Part shown: positions 59,706-64,000 of the stretch, piece after piece
Layout of the letters: each line of letters opens with the position of its first letter
Numbering within the stretch: position 1 is the first letter of the stretch
Translations under genes and position numbers: made by a program
Notes under the pieces: generated by a model
Told to the model about the DNA's origin: nothing
Databases searched by the model: none
What the model saw: the letters and a program-made list of their open reading frames with translations, nothing else
Assembly: GCA_965203965.1 (NCBI GenBank)
Contig: CBDBDR010000017.1
Coordinates: forward strand, 1,184,001 to 1,248,000
Origin: Thermodesulfobacteriota bacterium
GTDB lineage: Bacteria; Desulfobacterota_D; UBA1144; Nemesobacterales; JAJCZQ01
Direction: 5' to 3'
Length of the DNA: 64,000 bases

Positions 59706-61268
59706 TTAATGCTTGAAATGCCTTGTTCCGGTAAACACCATTGATATGTTATGCTCGTCAGCGGCAGCTATTGTCTCTTCATCCCTGATTGATCCACCGG
59801 GTTGAACTATTGCTTTTATTCCGGCTTTTGCAGCTTCATCAATACCATCCCTGAAGGGAAAAAAAGCATCTGATGCTAAAACACAGCCTTTAGTGTCAAT
59901 CTGTGCCTTCATTGCGGCAATTTTCACCGAATCCACCCTGTTCATTTGTCCAGCCCCAATACCTACTGTTCTGCTATTTTTTGCAAATATTATCGCGTTG
60001 GATTTTACATGCTTACATACTTTCCAAGCGAATTTCATATCGGTAATATCCTGCTCCGTGGGTTGTTGCTTTGTTGCGATCTTCATTCCCTGAAAATTTT
60101 CATCCGAAGTTGAATCCCAATCTTGAATGAGCATTCCACCAACAACTCTTTTGAAATCGAGCTTTTTAGATCCGTGGTCATCCAGACCCGGTGTCTGTAA
60201 AATTCTGATGTTCTTTTTGGACTTGAATACCTCAAGAGCTTCTTCGCTATATTCTGGGGCTATGACTATCTCTACAAACATGGCGGCTATCTCTTCTGCT
60301 GTGGGCTTATCCACTTTTCCGTTAAATGCAATTATTCCTCCGAACGCACTTACAGGGTCACACTCCTTTGCCTTGAGAAATGCTTGAAGCAGGATCTTAT
60401 TGGTTGCAACTCCGCATGGATTGTTGTGCTTGACTATCACACAGGTAGTTTCATTAAACTCTTTTACCAACTCAAGAGCCGAATTTGTATCGTATATATT
60501 ATTTAATGAAAGCTGTTTGCCCCAAAGCTGTTTTGCGTTTGATATGCAAGGGTAGGGTAGGTCTGATTGAGTGTAGAAGGCACCCTGCTGGTGTGGATTT
60601 TCTCCATATCTGAGATCCATTTTTTTTTCCAGATGAAGTGTGTAACTTTTTGGCAACTTCATCTGGGTTCCATCTTCATTCAGTGTCGATAGGTAGTTGG
60701 AAATTGCCGCATCATAACGTGCGACATAAGAAAAAGCCTTTACCGCAAGCCTTAATTTGGTCTGATCCGTGATGGATCCATTATTTTTTTTTACTTCATC
60801 AATTATGTCTTCATAATCTCCAGGATCTGTAACAATGCACACGTCTTTATAGTTCTTGGCAGCAGCTCTCAGCATCGTTGGCCCACCGATGTCAATGTTC
60901 TCAATTGCTTCCTCCAACGTGACTCCATCTTTTTTTACGGTCTCTTCAAAGGGATAAAGATTTACAACGACCATATCTATGGGTTCAATATAATTGTTCT
61001 TCATATCTTCCTGGTGATGTTTGTTGTTCCTTATTGCTAAAATTCCACCGTGTATTTTCGGGTGAAGAGTTTTCACTCTGCCGTTCAATATCTCATTTGA
61101 TTGAGTATATTCAGAAATCCCAGTTACCTTGACCCCGGCTTCTTTTAGTTTTTTTGCAGTTCCGCCTGTTGAAAGTATCTCAACGCCTATTTCATCAAGG
61201 CTTTTTGCAAAATGTTCCACGTTTCTTTTGTCGGAAACACTGATTATGACTCTGTTGATCTTTGCCAT
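59706..61268 (-). CDS. purH: Bifunctional AICAR transformylase / IMP cyclohydrolase
   Basis: SVSDK, GRVKTLHP, IDIGGP, LRYGENPHQ, KHNNPCG, ASDAFFPF, RHFKH. Confidence 0.98.
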   Translation of the reverse strand: MAKINRVIISVSDKRNVEHFAKSLDEIGVEILSTGGTAKKLKEAGVKVTGISEYTQSNEILNGRVKTLHPKIHGGILAIRNNKHHQEDMKNNYIEPIDMVVVNLYPFEETVKKDGVTLEEAIENIDIGGPTMLRAAAKNYKDVCIVTDPGDYEDIIDEVKKNNGSITDQTKLRLAVKAFSYVARYDAAISNYLSTLNEDGTQMKLPKSYTLHLEKKMDLRYGENPHQQGAFYTQSDLPYPCISNAKQLWGKQLSLNNIYDTNSALELVKEFNETTCVIVKHNNPCGVATNKILLQAFLKAKECDPVSAFGGIIAFNGKVDKPTAEEIAAMFVEIVIAPEYSEEALEVFKSKKNIRILQTPGLDDHGSKKLDFKRVVGGMLIQDWDSTSDENFQGMKIATKQQPTEQDITDMKFAWKVCKHVKSNAIIFAKNSRTVGIGAGQMNRVDSVKIAAMKAQIDTKGCVLASDAFFPFRDGIDEAAKAGIKAIVQPGGSIRDEETIAAADEHNISMVFTGTRHFKH

Positions 61269-61451
61269 TTTCTACACTCCTTTATGCTGTATAAATAGTC
61301 AAGTTCTACCAGTTGTTGAAAGTGTGTAAGAAATTATAACCCACCATCACAAGTTTAAGTTCCTTTTAGAAGTCAACAGTTTAACGTATAATCATCTTAA
61401 AATCACCATTTGTGATCCTAAGTAATCATGTGAAAATTAAGGTGTCAGTTT

Positions 61452-62330
61452 ATGAGAGATAATAACTCTTTAAATATAAAAGTCGGACTTTTTGTTTTTA
61501 TAACAGTATTAATTTTTTTCGTAGGGATTTTTCTGGTTACCGGAGATAAGAAATTTTTTGAGAAACATTATTACGTCCGAACTCATTTTGACAACACTGT
61601 GGGTCTTCTGCCAGGAGCCTATGTCAGACTTTCAGGAGTGAAGGTCGGCAATGTTGACAAGATCGGGTTTCCAGACAAAATGGGTGAAAACTCTATTGAG
61701 GTTACGATTAAGGTGAGCAGGGAAGGTGCGGAACGTATCACGCCTGACTCAAAAGCCACTATTCGCACCGAAGGGCTGCTTGGAGCAAAATACATTGAGA
61801 TCATACGAGGAGAGTTGCCCCCGTTTGCTCGGATTGACCAGATGATGGTTATTAAAAGTTATACTCCTCCAGAGCTACAGCAGCTTATCGGCAGTTCGGA
61901 CGAGTTGCTTACTAACTTAATAAGCATATCAAAAAATCTGGATGAAACCTCTGCGATGTTTGCCGATAAAAAAACTTTGAATAGCATTAGCCAAACGCTT
62001 AACTCTATAAGAAAAAGTGCAGATGAACTGAGGAAAAGTTTGAGAGCCATTGAGGAAGGAGAAGGTGCTCTTAGTAAATTAATATATGATGAGGAGTTTG
62101 GACAGAAATTGACAGTTACTTTGAACAATTTGGGAGAGATGTCTGATAATTTCAAAGATATTTCGGAGAGTTTAAAAGAAGGTGAGGGAACTTTGGGAGC
62201 TCTTTTGGTAGATCCTTCCATTCATGATGGGCTAAAAGGCGTTTTGGGAAAAGCTCAAAGAAGCAAATTCATAAGATCCGCCGTTCAATATCTGGTGGAA
62301 AATAGATCCCAGAGTTTTATAAAGGAATAA
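61452..62330 (+). CDS. MlaD/MCE-domain protein
   Basis: N-terminal TM, GL..GA.V..SGV.VG.V, GLLGAKYIEI, helical tail with repeated GEG.LG.L. Confidence 0.88.
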   Translation: MRDNNSLNIKVGLFVFITVLIFFVGIFLVTGDKKFFEKHYYVRTHFDNTVGLLPGAYVRLSGVKVGNVDKIGFPDKMGENSIEVTIKVSREGAERITPDSKATIRTEGLLGAKYIEIIRGELPPFARIDQMMVIKSYTPPELQQLIGSSDELLTNLISISKNLDETSAMFADKKTLNSISQTLNSIRKSADELRKSLRAIEEGEGALSKLIYDEEFGQKLTVTLNNLGEMSDNFKDISESLKEGEGTLGALLVDPSIHDGLKGVLGKAQRSKFIRSAVQYLVENRSQSFIKE

Positions 62331-62456
62331 TATGGATTTTGGACTCAACAAATAATTTAATGATGGAAGAAAAAATTTCGTTATGGAGTTTTTAGTTTTT
62401 CATTTATATTTTAGTCAGTGCGATAAATAAAAAATAAGTGAAGGAGGTAGATAATT

Positions 62457-63260
62457 ATGAGACTGTTAAACAGATATTTAGTTATTTTTGCATTAATCCT
62501 TTCCGTTGCTTTTGTGAAGGCACCATTATCTTCGGATGCTTTTGCAATGTCGGGAGATGATTTGCCTGCTCCACAATTGGTGACTAATGCGTGGATGTTC
62601 ATTGCAGCTTACAAAGCAAATCCCAAGGCTTTAAAAGAGCTTTTGCCTTCGGGGTTGAAGCCACATCCTGAAGGTCGTGTTGTAATAAATATGTACACGG
62701 TGCCGAAAGCAGATCAGACGTCCGGGTTTGGTTCATATACCTTGACTTATCTGACCGTTGAATTGGAGGGACATGATTCCTACACGATGAATTCAGAAAT
62801 AAAATATCCCGGGCGTTACTTTGTGTATTACTTTAACAGTTCACCCGCGATGAGGGATTTCGTGAAAAAAGTGGGTATTCCGGCAGAGAAGGGTAAAACC
62901 ATTACCAAAGTTAGTAAAGGTGGTAAATTGAAAGCAAAGTTGATGGTTGGTGGAAAACCATTTATTGTGGCGAAAGCTGATGTCGGCAAAAAATTAGAAA
63001 CCACTCCCGGAGGACATCTTAATTACTTTGGTTTGATTCCGGCGCAGCAGGGTAATCATAATAAGAATCAAGTGGTTAAATATCCAATTCCTTTTGTTGG
63101 ACGAGTTGTTGAAACCACTAATGCGAGGATAAAGTTCAAGGTTTCCAAAAAACACCCGTTGTGGAAGATCAGGCCTAAAAAAGAGACCCCACCGGTTTGG
63201 GCTGTATGGATGAAAGGGAGTTTTGTTTATCCACAACACCAGGTTATAAGTGAGTTTTAA
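62457..63260 (+). CDS. Exported protein with acetoacetate-decarboxylase-like fold
   Basis: SD AAGGAGG, signal peptide, Y.A.P.AL.ELLP.GL.P and SGFGSY motifs typical of the ADC-like superfamily. Confidence 0.6.
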   Translation: MRLLNRYLVIFALILSVAFVKAPLSSDAFAMSGDDLPAPQLVTNAWMFIAAYKANPKALKELLPSGLKPHPEGRVVINMYTVPKADQTSGFGSYTLTYLTVELEGHDSYTMNSEIKYPGRYFVYYFNSSPAMRDFVKKVGIPAEKGKTITKVSKGGKLKAKLMVGGKPFIVAKADVGKKLETTPGGHLNYFGLIPAQQGNHNKNQVVKYPIPFVGRVVETTNARIKFKVSKKHPLWKIRPKKETPPVWAVWMKGSFVYPQHQVISEF

Positions 63261-63309
63261 TACTGTTAATTTGTAATGGCTTGTGGTATATAGACAGGAG
63301 TTCTTTTTC

Positions 63310-63999
63310 TCAATGTTGTGTAGTTATAAGGGGTTCTCGTTCTTCGTCGTTGTGATGCTGCTTTTTTTCCGATTGGGTAGATTTATCCTCTCTGTTGCCG
63401 TAGCTAAGCACATCCATAGGACATACGGTAACGCATATTCCACAACCTATGCAGGAACTTGTCGTATTGTCCAGAGTTTTCTGCTTTAATGCGTAATTCA
63501 TAACGTCAATACCCACCTGACAGTTTCTTGAGCATTCGTTGCACGCAATACATTTGTTGTTTGCTTCTATCTTGAACTTACCTATTCCCAATTTTGCAAA
63601 CAATTTTGATTCCCAATGCATCAGTTTTGCCAATGGACACCAGTAGCGGCACCAAACTTTTCCTCCAAGGAACGGGTAGAGGGTAACGGGCAGTATTCCA
63701 ACCAACCAGACGTCAACCATGATTCTATATATATTGATTGACCAGTCTGCGGGTTCTCTAAATATTGCAACAGTGTTTTTGAAAATAAAGATAACAGTTA
63801 CAAGAGCGGCAAGTATAAGAATTGCCGTATTCATCCATTCCCAGTTAATGGATTTTTTACCTTTAGGGGCAAGGTGGCGCCAACGGTCGCCAAATGTTTC
63901 TGCTAATCCGCCGCATCCGCATATCCATGAGCAGTATCTCTTACCGTGAAAAATTACAAATACGGGTATAACAACGAAAGTCAGTAAAATTCCCCAGAT
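63310..63999 (-). CDS. Membrane 4Fe-4S protein (NapH/MauN-like), 5' end outside window
   Basis: Frame stays open to the window edge (IWGILLTFVV...RYCSWICGCGGLAETFGD); WCRYWCP; two ferredoxin motifs CIACNECSRNC and CIGCGICVTVCP. Confidence 0.85.
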   Translation of the reverse strand: MWGILLTFVVIPVFVIFHGKRYCSWICGCGGLAETFGDRWRHLAPKGKKSINWEWMNTAILILAALVTVIFIFKNTVAIFREPADWSINIYRIMVDVWLVGILPVTLYPFLGGKVWCRYWCPLAKLMHWESKLFAKLGIGKFKIEANNKCIACNECSRNCQVGIDVMNYALKQKTLDNTTSSCIGCGICVTVCPMDVLSYGNREDKSTQSEKKQHHNDEEREPLITTQH

Positions 64000-64000
64000 T

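Noticed and set aside
63227..63235. Single perfect DnaA box TTATCCACA
   Set aside because: Isolated 9-mer inside a CDS; roughly one is expected by chance in 64 kb of AT-rich DNA.

Overview
This is an AT-rich bacterial chromosomal segment, densely packed with housekeeping genes. Gene content (T2SS, TolC, MlaD, MltA) indicates a diderm; a Desulfobacterota/Dadabacteria-like affiliation is only my impression and was not tested. From left to right: the tail of a type I restriction locus (partial AAA/DUF4143 ATPase, hsdR), lon, ispH-glycerate kinase-dnaB, gshB-gatC-gatA, a Cys-tailed MarR regulator, tRNA-Gln-pcrA, pheT-ihfA-DUF502-tilS, ROK kinase, ppk2-Nudix, a three-gene biotin carboxylase, cofC-speB, radC, hspQ, mutS, gspC-K, a variant CIRCE before groESL, rplM-rpsI-ino1, tRNA-Glu, argH, mscS, mltA, uvrC, argB-argD-argF, tolC, purH, mlaD and several hypothetical proteins. 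I saw no CRISPR array, rRNA, integrase or transposase. The most unusual signal is not a gene. Two perfect tandem DnaA boxes, followed by a GC spacer and DnaA-trio-like triplets, overlap the argD stop and argF start (55031-55080). They lie at the focus of a ~3.5 kb zone where G/C strand skew flips independently of coding strand and the encoded proteins carry apparent insertions. This is a candidate replication-related site hidden inside coding DNA. All product calls come from motif recognition by eye; no searches were run.
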